From a virus: a stretch of DNA of 64,000 nucleotides. The position numbers and the translations under genes were made by a program. Location: the IMG/VR virus record IMGVR_UViG_3300034073_002131, positions 1 to 64,000 of that record, one strand, 5' to 3'. The notes below the pieces were generated by a model, which worked only from the letters and a program-made list of their open reading frames with translations, made no database searches and was not told the DNA's origin. Below are positions 1 through 6,919 of this stretch, piece after piece (the first letter of the stretch is position 1; the number at the start of each line of letters is the position of its first letter).

Positions 1-83
1 GCCCAGGTGGTGAAATTGGTAGACACGCTGGTCTTAGAAGCCAGTGCTTCGGCGTGACGGTTCGAGTCCGTCCCAGGGCACCA
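1..83 (+). tRNA. tRNA-Leu(TAG)
   Basis: Cloverleaf, loop CT-TAG-AA, long variable arm, GGTTCGAGTCC, encoded ACCA. Confidence 0.95.
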
Positions 84-179
84 TACTAGAGCATATTGGC
101 ACAGTAATATTTTAGCTCGGTGAAAGCCTTGTGCGGAAACCCAGATGCTATAGCTTTACTCTAATATGTTCTAATATGG
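81..179 (+). ncRNA. Stem-closed structured RNA cassette A1 (unknown)
   Basis: ccatactagagcatattgg pairs with ctaatatgttctaatatgg (G-U compatible); internal gcaca/tgtgc stem and ggt-gaaa-gcc hairpin; no ORF. Confidence 0.6.
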
Positions 180-183
180 TAGA

Positions 184-280
184 TAGTCAATGTTAAAAAT
201 GGGTATTCAAAGTATCCGTTCCAAAAGGGTGCAAATCCTGATTAAGCATAGAGCTTGGTAAAAACAACATAGACTAGCCA
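184..280 (+). ncRNA. tRNA-like RNA with rearranged cloverleaf ending GCCA
   Basis: tagtcaatgtt/aacatagacta terminal stem with GCCA overhang; three internal hairpins, one T-loop-like (gg-tgcaaat-cc). Confidence 0.55.
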
Positions 281-465
281 TAGTTAAGTATTTTGTTCGT
301 CCTAGGTGAAATAAACAGGACATTGCAGCCCAGAGAAATAAGGGTACCCGGCCGGTATATCCCTAAAGCGGGCTGAAGTTAATCGTAGCCGATCCTTAGC
401 GGGATCATATGGTAGGAAGATTAACTCATGCGCGAGCAGGCAGTAAGCAAAATACTTTACTATGG
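278..465 (+). ncRNA. Stem-closed multibranched RNA cassette A2 (unknown)
   Basis: ccatagttaagtattttgtt / agcaaaatactttactatgg closing stem; internal helices gtcct/aggac, cagccc/gggctg, agttaatc/gattaact, gatcct/gggatc. Confidence 0.65.
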
Positions 466-550
466 ATGCGTAGCCAAACGGTTGACGGCAGCGGGCTGTA
501 AACTCGTGACATAAGAAACGCTGGTGGTTCGAATCCATCCGCATCCACCA
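464..550 (+). tRNA. tRNA-Tyr(GTA)
   Basis: Cloverleaf, CT-GTA-AA loop, long variable arm, ACCA. Confidence 0.93.
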
Positions 551-646
551 TATTGAAGCACATTAGAATCTGTAAAAAGATCAGGGCTGGTACACCACAT
601 ACCTCTCACAGAAAGTATGTATAGACCACAATGTGTTTCAATATGG
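548..646 (+). ncRNA. Stem-closed structured RNA cassette A3 (unknown)
   Basis: ccatattgaagcacatt / aatgtgtttcaatatgg 17-bp stem; internal acatac/gtatgt. Confidence 0.6.
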
Positions 647-968
647 CTGTTGACTGGCCCGATATATGGCACTCTAAAGCCTGAAGTGGGAAAACTTATT
701 TCTAGTCAACATCCGTAATTGCGCTGCTCACGCTGAACCTATAAACTCTAAACTGGTGACTAGGACGGGGTCGTACCCCATAACGATATTAGGCTGAATA
801 ACGATAACAGCTAAGTCTAGAGACCGCAGGGATGAGCACCTGCATATAATACATCCCGCAACGCTTAAATAGTCGTATCCCTAGACTATACTGCGCACTA
901 TGCGAAAAAAGTTACGAGTGATGGTGGACTACGTAATTGGACACTGGAGACCTGCGGGCCGTCGCCCA
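645..968 (+). ncRNA. Cluster of unassigned structured RNA modules
   Basis: ggctgttgactgg/ctagtcaacatcc stem (645-714); hairpins gggg-tcgta-cccc, gcagg-gatgagca-cctgc, tagtc..gacta; gtgatggt/gccgtcgc stem followed by CCA (918-968). Confidence 0.45.
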
Positions 969-1008
969 ATAGTAACAAGACACTATGAATCCACTTTAGG
1001 GAGTGGGG

Positions 1009-1096
1009 CCATAGTTCAACTCATACTGATTCGCTGGTGACTGCCAGAGATAGCTCTTTCAGGCTGAAGAATGGGTTTAAGTGAGTTGAACTATGG
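1009..1096 (+). ncRNA. Stem-closed multibranched RNA cassette A5 (unknown)
   Basis: ccatagttcaactcat / gtgagttgaactatgg stem; internal attc/gaat enclosing three small hairpins. Confidence 0.6.
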
Positions 1097-1112
1097 TTTT
1101 TTGGAGATAGCA

Positions 1113-1439
1113 ATGAGTCGTACTCTAAAAGATAAACCGCATACTATACAGTATCCAGAAGATCACTACTTGTATGATACTGTTCGTGTAGATACTGATC
1201 TAGGCTCAAGAATTGGATTTCGGTACATACAGGTTGCGGGCAAAAAGACTAAAAAACGTAGAAACTACTGTCACTTCCGGTGGTATAGCACAACTCCTAG
1301 TTGGTGGACTCGTATTACAATGACTCGTCCGCAACGACGTAAGAGTCGTATGTGGGAACAAGTCGTAACTAGAGCTGTAGACTTAGAGCTACAAGATCCT
1401 CCACTGCTGGGACGTAAACCACACATATATTATTATTAA
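1113..1439 (+). CDS. Basic hypothetical phage protein
   Basis: GGAG RBS then ATG at 1113; Arg/Lys-rich, PSWW..RP.RR motif. Confidence 0.7.
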   Translation: MSRTLKDKPHTIQYPEDHYLYDTVRVDTDLGSRIGFRYIQVAGKKTKKRRNYCHFRWYSTTPSWWTRITMTRPQRRKSRMWEQVVTRAVDLELQDPPLLGRKPHIYYY

Positions 1440-1511
1440 GGGCTGCGCGCAGGGACGCAAAGGTGATTTGCAATCATTTTCCGCTGGGATCGTTACCCAG
1501 GCGGTCCACCA
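1440..1511 (+). tRNA. tRNA-Ala(TGC), atypical
   Basis: Acceptor gggctgc/gcggtcc with G3-U70, A73, CCA; loop TT-TGC-AA; short D arm, T loop ATCGTTA. Confidence 0.75.
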
Positions 1512-1517
1512 TACAAT

Positions 1518-1594
1518 GCAGGGAATAGTGTTAGTGGCAAGCACGTCTGTCTGTGAAACAGAAAGTTAGGGATCGAAACCCGTTCACCTGCCCA
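1518..1594 (+). tRNA. tRNA-His(GTG)
   Basis: CT-GTG-AA loop, G-1:C73, CCA; bulged A in acceptor stem, T loop ATCGAAA. Confidence 0.8.
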
Positions 1595-1660
1595 GCCAAA
1601 TAAGATTTGGGAACCAACCCAAACAGCCCCGCAAGGGAACTTAAACACACGGAGATGTGT

Positions 1661-1858
1661 ATGATGGCATATAACGGATTAGACATTATTTCAGTCGATG
1701 TTCCGCTAATGCTTAGATTAATGGAATTTGCTAGAGAAGATGCTACTTCCGATAAGGATTTACACTTTGTAGCAGAGCACCTAATCAGGCTAATGCAAAC
1801 AAATACTCTCCTCACTATGAAACACTATGACGCAATAGTTGATAGAGGGGGTTTTTAA
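1661..1858 (+). CDS. Small hypothetical protein (VDVPL..RL.E..RED family)
   Basis: ORF with GGAG RBS; paralogous to the next ORF. Confidence 0.7.
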   Translation: MMAYNGLDIISVDVPLMLRLMEFAREDATSDKDLHFVAEHLIRLMQTNTLLTMKHYDAIVDRGGF

Positions 1859-2061
1859 TGGGCGATAAATACTATAAGTTCGTAGAGATTGAGGTTAGCC
1901 CTAAACTCATGAAAAAGCTCTTAGAGCACGTAAAAGACCCTAAGGTAACGCAAGATCATATAAACTATATGATGGAAAACTTGATGTGGTTAAGTAAACA
2001 CGACGAGTGCCTTACCCTAGATGAATATGAAGTAATCACAGAGAAACCCATAGTTAGCTAA
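1858..2061 (+). CDS. Small hypothetical protein, paralog of 1661-1858
   Basis: TAATG-coupled ORF; aligns by eye with the upstream protein. Confidence 0.7.
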   Translation: MGDKYYKFVEIEVSPKLMKKLLEHVKDPKVTQDHINYMMENLMWLSKHDECLTLDEYEVITEKPIVS

Positions 2062-2139
2062 CTGTGGTCAACAAGAAAGCTTGCCGGCTTTCTTTGTTGT
2101 TTTTAAACTCCAAAATAAAAATAAGAACAGGAGAACAAA

Positions 2140-2898
2140 ATGGCAGAATCAATCACACCTGCAGGCATGATGATGAGTGGTGGCGACGGTCTTTTCGGAG
2201 GCGGCGGTCTTATTGGCGGTCTTATCCTAGGCAGCTTGCTACGAAACAACGGCAATCTATTCGGAGGAGACGGCAACGTTGCTGGAGCGGTTCTTCGTAA
2301 CCCGCCCGAGCAGACTCAAGCTAATATGAGTTTAATGAGTGCTATCGGTCAAGTAGACAAAGCCGTAGCTGTTGGTACAGCAGCCATGGAAGCTTCACAG
2401 GCTGCACAAAGCGCAGCCCTAGTTGCAGAAATTGGTCGTACAACTGGCAACCTTGTTAGCCGCGTCGATGCTACTACTGCAGCAGTTAATGCTGGTACTA
2501 TGGTTCTTGCTCAACAACTAAATGGTGTTGAGAAGTCAATCATGGAAAACCGCTATGAGCTTAGCAAAGATATTCAAGCTGATGGCGACAAAACCCGTGC
2601 CCTAATTACTCAACAGTATGAGGCCACACTAAATCGTCAACTTACAGATGCTAACGCAGCAATTATTGCCCTACAAAGTAAACTAGATAATGGTGCGGTC
2701 GCTCGCGGTGTTGAAGTTACTACAACTAACAACATCAATCAGATGCAACAGCAACAGCAACAGCAAGCACAGTGGGGTCAGCTCTACAACGTGCTCTGGG
2801 GCTTAGCTCAAAACATTCGTAGTAACAACGAAGCAATTAATGTTGGCAGCGGCACACTTACTGCTAATCCAACAAACACAAATACAAATATTAGATAA
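2140..2898 (+). CDS. Gly-rich N-terminal, coiled-coil, Q/N-rich C-terminal protein
   Basis: AGGAG RBS; GGGGLIGGLILGSLL hydrophobic segment; poly-Q tract. Confidence 0.8.
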   Translation: MAESITPAGMMMSGGDGLFGGGGLIGGLILGSLLRNNGNLFGGDGNVAGAVLRNPPEQTQANMSLMSAIGQVDKAVAVGTAAMEASQAAQSAALVAEIGRTTGNLVSRVDATTAAVNAGTMVLAQQLNGVEKSIMENRYELSKDIQADGDKTRALITQQYEATLNRQLTDANAAIIALQSKLDNGAVARGVEVTTTNNINQMQQQQQQQAQWGQLYNVLWGLAQNIRSNNEAINVGSGTLTANPTNTNTNIR

Positions 2899-2915
2899 TC
2901 TCTAATTAACTGTTA

Positions 2916-2947
2916 GCCCCCCGTCCAAAAGATGCGGGGGCACTTTT
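2916..2947 (+). terminator. Intrinsic terminator-like hairpin
   Basis: gcccccc..ggggc stem followed by cttt tract. Confidence 0.6.
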
Positions 2948-2952
2948 ACTAG

Positions 2953-3540
<588 letters not shown>

Positions 3541-3541
3541 A

Positions 3542-3754
3542 ATGGAACAAGCAATAAGAATTTATCCACATAATTGCACACAACAACAACAAGACTTTAT
3601 TAGACTAGAAGAATCAGTAGATACTCTAGCAGCAGCAAGCCTAGCCCTAGCAAGCCAAGGTGCACACGCATATCAACAATTTATTGATGCGCGTCAAAAT
3701 TTTACACAACTAGTTCGTGCCATGGGCAAGAACTACAGATATGTAGAAATTTAA
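3542..3754 (+). CDS. Hypothetical protein
   Basis: ORF adjacent to collagen-like gene. Confidence 0.65.
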   Translation: MEQAIRIYPHNCTQQQQDFIRLEESVDTLAAASLALASQGAHAYQQFIDARQNFTQLVRAMGKNYRYVEI

Positions 3755-3756
3755 TA

Positions 3757-3785
3757 TTGATTTTACTAGTATAGCCGTGTATAAT
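3757..3785 (+). promoter_or_regulatory. Sigma70-type promoter
   Basis: TTGATT-17 nt-TATAAT. Confidence 0.7.
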
Positions 3786-3816
3786 AATTACTTCGGTGTT
3801 TGAAAAAAGAGAAAAA

Positions 3817-4002
3817 ATGACAAAACAAGAAGCACTACTAATACTTCAAGCTCTGCCGGACGACACCGAAGTAACCATTATTTTAGGTAAACACTCCCAA
3901 CCAAATCGCTGGCAGATGCCGTACACAATATCCTATCCACCAACACCTTATTGGCAAGACCCTTATAAGGTAACTTGTACTAGCTATGAAACCAAAACTT
4001 AA
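3817..4002 (+). CDS. Hypothetical protein
   Basis: ORF downstream of promoter. Confidence 0.55.
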   Translation: MTKQEALLILQALPDDTEVTIILGKHSQPNRWQMPYTISYPPTPYWQDPYKVTCTSYETKT

Positions 4003-4108
4003 ACCTCGTAATCCCTATGTGGCACTAGCACACAAACGACGTGCTGGCACACATACCAAAACCCACAAGCAGGTTCGTGGTCAACTCAATCGCAAACTGG
4101 ATGCATAA
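3986..4108 (+). CDS. Small basic protein (KPRNPYVA..RRAGTH), 40 aa
   Basis: Read directly, not in ORF track; stop is U8-A9-A10 of tRNA-Lys. Confidence 0.6.
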   Translation: MKPKLKPRNPYVALAHKRRAGTHTKTHKQVRGQLNRKLDA

Positions 4109-4170
4109 CTCAACGGTAGAGTAACCGGCTTTTAACCGGTAAGCTGTGGGTTCGATTCCCTCTGCATCCA
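4099..4170 (+). tRNA. tRNA-Lys(TTT)
   Basis: Cloverleaf, CT-TTT-AA loop; followed by CTA rather than CCA. Confidence 0.92.
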
Positions 4171-4233
4171 CTATATTAAAACACATTACTAAGAGTCCAG
4201 GTTCATAGCGTGGCATAGTGTGTTCCAATATGG
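4171..4233 (+). ncRNA. Stem-closed cassette A6 (unknown)
   Basis: ctatattaaaacacatt / agtgtgttccaatatgg stem, similar to A1 and A3. Confidence 0.55.
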
Positions 4234-4332
4234 AAGGGTTGCTAATATTGGCCTTAGGGCGAGCCTTATAAACTCGTAAGCACTGTCTAGATAAGGCAGT
4301 TAATGTGGGTTCGATTCCCACCCCTTCTACCA
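4232..4332 (+). tRNA. tRNA with TAT (Ile) anticodon and long variable arm
   Basis: ggaaggg/cccttct acceptor, CT-TAT-AA loop, ctgtct/aggcag variable helix, GGTTCGATTCC, ACCA. Confidence 0.8.
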
Positions 4333-4337
4333 TCAAT

Positions 4338-4431
4338 AGTGAGTTGGCTGAGCGGCTTAAGGCAGCGGTTTGCTAAACCGTCGATTCGGGTCACCCCGGG
4401 TCCGTGGGTTCGAATCCCACACTCACTGCCA
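4338..4431 (+). tRNA. tRNA-Ser(GCT)
   Basis: Cloverleaf, long variable arm, GCCA. Confidence 0.95.
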
Positions 4432-4442
4432 CGGAGAATACT

Positions 4443-4748
4443 ATGAATTACTCTACAGAAACGCTTATAGCAGCACTAGATGCTATAATTATTAAAGCAA
4501 AAAATGTTAAAAGGGGCGATAGCGTTAGCTGGAATTCAAGCGGCGGTACTGCTCGTGGCAAAGTCACCAAAGTAATTACAGATGGCGAAGAACAAGTTCC
4601 GGGCAGTAGTTTTAAGATTACCGGAACGCCTAATGATCCCGGTGCCTTAATTAGAGTCTATCGCGAAGAGGATGGCAAGTACAAGCCTACAGATACCATT
4701 GTAGGACATAAAGTAAAAACTCTAACAAAAATTCCTGCACTGGATTAA
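4443..4748 (+). CDS. Tudor/SH3-like protein (DUF2945/HVA1-like)
   Basis: GDSVSWNSSGGTARGKV and VGHKVKTL motifs. Confidence 0.65.
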   Translation: MNYSTETLIAALDAIIIKAKNVKRGDSVSWNSSGGTARGKVTKVITDGEEQVPGSSFKITGTPNDPGALIRVYREEDGKYKPTDTIVGHKVKTLTKIPALD

Positions 4749-4750
4749 CC

Positions 4751-4903
4751 ATGCCTTGCTATAAATGTTCAAATGGTAAGTATAAATATGGTCAACGTGG
4801 CAACTGCCAGTTTGACACCTTAGAGGCTTGTAAAGCTGCTGAAGCAGCTATTCATGCTCGTGAGTCCGAAAAACCTAAAAAAGAACAAAAACCTAAAAAA
4901 TAA
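4751..4903 (+). CDS. Small Cys-containing basic protein (MPCYKCSNGKYKYG), 50 aa
   Basis: Read directly, not in ORF track. Confidence 0.6.
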   Translation: MPCYKCSNGKYKYGQRGNCQFDTLEACKAAEAAIHARESEKPKKEQKPKK

Positions 4904-4905
4904 AT

Positions 4906-4982
4906 GCACCTATCGTCTAGTGGCCTAGGACAACTCCCTTTCACGGAGTAGATCGCGGGTTCGAATCCCGCTAGGTGTGCCA
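4906..4982 (+). tRNA. tRNA-Glu(TTC)
   Basis: Cloverleaf, CT-TTC-AC loop, GCCA. Confidence 0.94.
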
Positions 4983-4986
4983 TATA

Positions 4987-5065
4987 CTGAGTGTATTGTC
5001 AGCCCGGTTAGACGGCCGAGCTTGGAACTCGGAGGCCGCAGGTTCAAATCCTGCCACTCAGACCA
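4987..5065 (+). tRNA. tRNA-Pro(TGG)
   Basis: Cloverleaf, CT-TGG-AA loop, C1-G72, ACCA. Confidence 0.93.
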
Positions 5066-5070
5066 GATAC

Positions 5071-5146
5071 GCCGCTTTAGCTGATGTGGTCATAGCATGG
5101 GTCTGAAGAGCCCGGGAACCTGGTTCGATCCCAGGAGGCGGTACCA
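5071..5146 (+). tRNA. tRNA-Phe(GAA)
   Basis: Cloverleaf, CT-GAA-GA loop, ACCA. Confidence 0.93.
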
Positions 5147-5150
5147 CTAC

Positions 5151-5225
5151 ACCGGATTAGCTCAGTGGTAGAGCAATGTTTTGATAAAGCAGAGGTCACT
5201 GGTTCAATCCCAGTATCCGGTACCA
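5151..5225 (+). tRNA. tRNA-Ile(GAT)
   Basis: Cloverleaf, TT-GAT-AA loop, ACCA. Confidence 0.92.
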
Positions 5226-5226
5226 A

Positions 5227-5343
5227 TTTGAGTTAGCTATAGGACTCAAACCACTATAGCCGTTTACTATCACCGACAAAGATAGCGTCATCCATAACAG
5301 ACGATACGGGTTATGCCGGACAGGTAACCGGCTTTTTCTTTTT
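5227..5343 (+). ncRNA. Double-pseudoknot RNA ending in a terminator-like hairpin
   Basis: tttgagt/actcaaa with gctatag/ctatagc; cgtc/gacg with cataac/gttatg; gccgg/ccggc plus T-run. Confidence 0.5.
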
Positions 5344-5369
5344 ACACACACAACACACAAGGTCTTAAC

Positions 5370-5609
5370 ATGCCGACTAAAAATCCCTATGAAATCCGCA
5401 CTGAGTTGCTGCAACTTGCTCAGGGCTATCTTCAACAACAGTTTGAAGCTAACAAACAATTTGCAGAACAAACCTTTCACCAAATGGTAGAACTTGGTAA
5501 AGTTCAGCCTGAAGATTGGGCTAAGCATATGCCCAAGTTTTACGACTTTAAAGACATTTTAGAGAAAGCCAAAGAACTATACGGCTTTGTAAATAATGAA
5601 AGTCGCTGA
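5370..5609 (+). CDS. Conserved phage protein (KNPYEIR.ELL family)
   Basis: ORF with CA-rich leader and AAGG RBS. Confidence 0.75.
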   Translation: MPTKNPYEIRTELLQLAQGYLQQQFEANKQFAEQTFHQMVELGKVQPEDWAKHMPKFYDFKDILEKAKELYGFVNNESR

Positions 5610-5754
5610 TATGTGGCAGCGCGTCCTGGAATTTGTTCGTCCGTACACGTTCGAGGATTATGTCAAAGAATACGGTCCTAAAGATCATAAAGAACTAGAA
5701 GAACTAGAAAAACGTTGGCTAAGTACTAGTAACTGGTTCAATCGTTCACAATAA
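5596..5754 (+). CDS. Small protein, DUF3563-like (52 aa)
   Basis: Read directly: MKVADMWQRVLEFVRPYTFEDYV..D..ELEELEKRW. Confidence 0.5.
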   Translation: MKVADMWQRVLEFVRPYTFEDYVKEYGPKDHKELEELEKRWLSTSNWFNRSQ

Positions 5755-5761
5755 CAATTTT

Positions 5762-5835
5762 CGCGGGATAGAGTAAAGGCAATTCAGGAGTCTCATAAGC
5801 TCCAGATGGGGGTTCGATTCCCTCTCCCGCAACCA
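5762..5835 (+). tRNA. tRNA-fMet(CAT), initiator type
   Basis: C1-A72 mismatch, CT-CAT-AA loop, ACCA. Confidence 0.88.
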
Positions 5836-5845
5836 AGGACCACAT

Positions 5846-6304
5846 ATGAGTGCAACAATTAAAAACTTAGAAAGTGCCCTAGCTGGTGAATCTATGGCAC
5901 ATATTAAATACTTATACTTTGCAAAACTTGCTGAAGAACAAGGCTTTTGGGAAGTAGCAGACCACTTCTACTGGACTGCAGATCAGGAGATTAAACACGC
6001 TTGGGGTCATCTTGAGTTGCTGATCGGCAAGCCTAATGTAGTAGAGTCTCTTGAGATGGCAATTGCTGGCGAAACTTATGAGTATACACAAATGTATCCT
6101 GAGTTTAAGCAGATTGCCACGGCTGAGCAAAATCTAAAAGTTGCCGCAGAGTTCAAAGAGCAAGAAGCAGAATCGCAAGATCATGCTCAGCAATTTGCTG
6201 AAATTCTACAAAAAGCAGAAAAGCGATTTGCAGCCCTTGCTAAAGTCGAACAAAAGCACGCTGAAGCCTATAAACAAATTCTTAAGGGAGTAGACCATGA
6301 GTGA
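5846..6304 (+). CDS. Rubrerythrin (ferritin-like diiron domain)
   Basis: NLESALAGESMAH, EIKH, GETYEY..MYP, E..H diiron motifs. Confidence 0.9.
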   Translation: MSATIKNLESALAGESMAHIKYLYFAKLAEEQGFWEVADHFYWTADQEIKHAWGHLELLIGKPNVVESLEMAIAGETYEYTQMYPEFKQIATAEQNLKVAAEFKEQEAESQDHAQQFAEILQKAEKRFAALAKVEQKHAEAYKQILKGVDHE

Positions 6305-6440
6305 AGAACACGTTTGTGTAGTTTGCGGCTGGGTTTACGAAGGCAGCGAGCTTGACGAAGGCATTCACTGGAACGACCTTGAGCATGATTTTGAGTGTCC
6401 AGAGTGTGGCGTAGGTAAAAGCGATTTTGAAGTAGTTTAA
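6297..6440 (+). CDS. Rubredoxin (47 aa)
   Basis: Read directly: CVVCGWVY...W.DL..DF.CPECGVGKSDF. Confidence 0.9.
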   Translation: MSEEHVCVVCGWVYEGSELDEGIHWNDLEHDFECPECGVGKSDFEVV

Positions 6441-6451
6441 ACCTACTAATC

Positions 6452-6525
6452 CTCCCTATAGTGTAATGGCAGCATACCAGTCTCCAAAACTGTTGGTTGC
6501 GGTTCGAGTCCGTATGGGGAGGCCA
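6452..6525 (+). tRNA. tRNA-Trp(CCA)
   Basis: CT-CCA-AA loop, G73, CCA. Confidence 0.92.
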
Positions 6526-6539
6526 AGAAAATTTTTGTC

Positions 6540-6568
6540 TTGACCCTAAATCGCAGATTTGCTATAAT
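6540..6568 (+). promoter_or_regulatory. Sigma70-type promoter
   Basis: TTGACC-17 nt-TATAAT with extended TG. Confidence 0.8.
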
Positions 6569-6597
6569 ATTATTTCTGTGACAGTTTAGGAATCCAA

Positions 6598-6813
6598 ATG
6601 CAAGCATTAAATCAAGTTACTAGTCCTATGTTCTTGTTGCCTGCCTATGGCCGCCAGTATCGAACCCGTGAGCAAGTGCTCCGCGACTGGCAAGGGGGTA
6701 AAGACTTTCAAATTGAGGGTGGCCCCTACTGCTCGATTCGCGACCTTGACCTAATGCACAAGCAGTTTCAGAATATCTATATCCTGTACGACAGGGGAAC
6801 TGTACTAGTATAA
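6598..6813 (+). CDS. Hypothetical protein (PAYGR.Y...DW..GKDF family)
   Basis: ORF with AGGA RBS downstream of promoter. Confidence 0.7.
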   Translation: MQALNQVTSPMFLLPAYGRQYRTREQVLRDWQGGKDFQIEGGPYCSIRDLDLMHKQFQNIYILYDRGTVLV

Positions 6814-6818
6814 TTTAA

Positions 6819-6904
6819 GCCCCTGTGGTGGAATAGGTAGACACAAGGGACTTAAAATCCCTCGCTGAAAATGCGTGCCGGTTCGACTCCGGCCGGGGGC
6901 ACCA
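6819..6904 (+). tRNA. tRNA-Leu(TAA)
   Basis: CT-TAA-AA loop, long variable arm, ACCA. Confidence 0.95.
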
Positions 6905-6919
6905 CAGTTAGGAACTTAA

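Noticed and set aside
302-672. Minus-strand ORFs 302-544 and 460-672
   Set aside because: Antisense to tRNA-Tyr and structured RNAs; no RBS or protein-like features.
665-760. Amber suppressor tRNA or TAG recoding (CTCTAAA loops)
   Set aside because: No cloverleaf around the loops; long genes are intact in code 11 and several end in TAG.
1060-1096. Hammerhead ribozyme (CTGAAGA matches CUGANGA)
   Set aside because: No stem II followed by GAAA, and no cleavage triplet context.
81-1096. CRISPR-like array (repeat-spacer appearance)
   Set aside because: Repeats are inverted and degenerate, spacers vary widely and are structured, and no cas genes are present.
4025-4336. Minus-strand ORF 4025-4336 (also 1531-1815 and 8047-8271)
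   Set aside because: Antisense translations of tRNA genes (GIEP, RIRT signatures).
5227-5260. Theta/HDV-like ribozyme after tRNA-Ile
   Set aside because: Pseudoknot lacks P3/L3 and P1.1, and the tRNA already encodes CCA.
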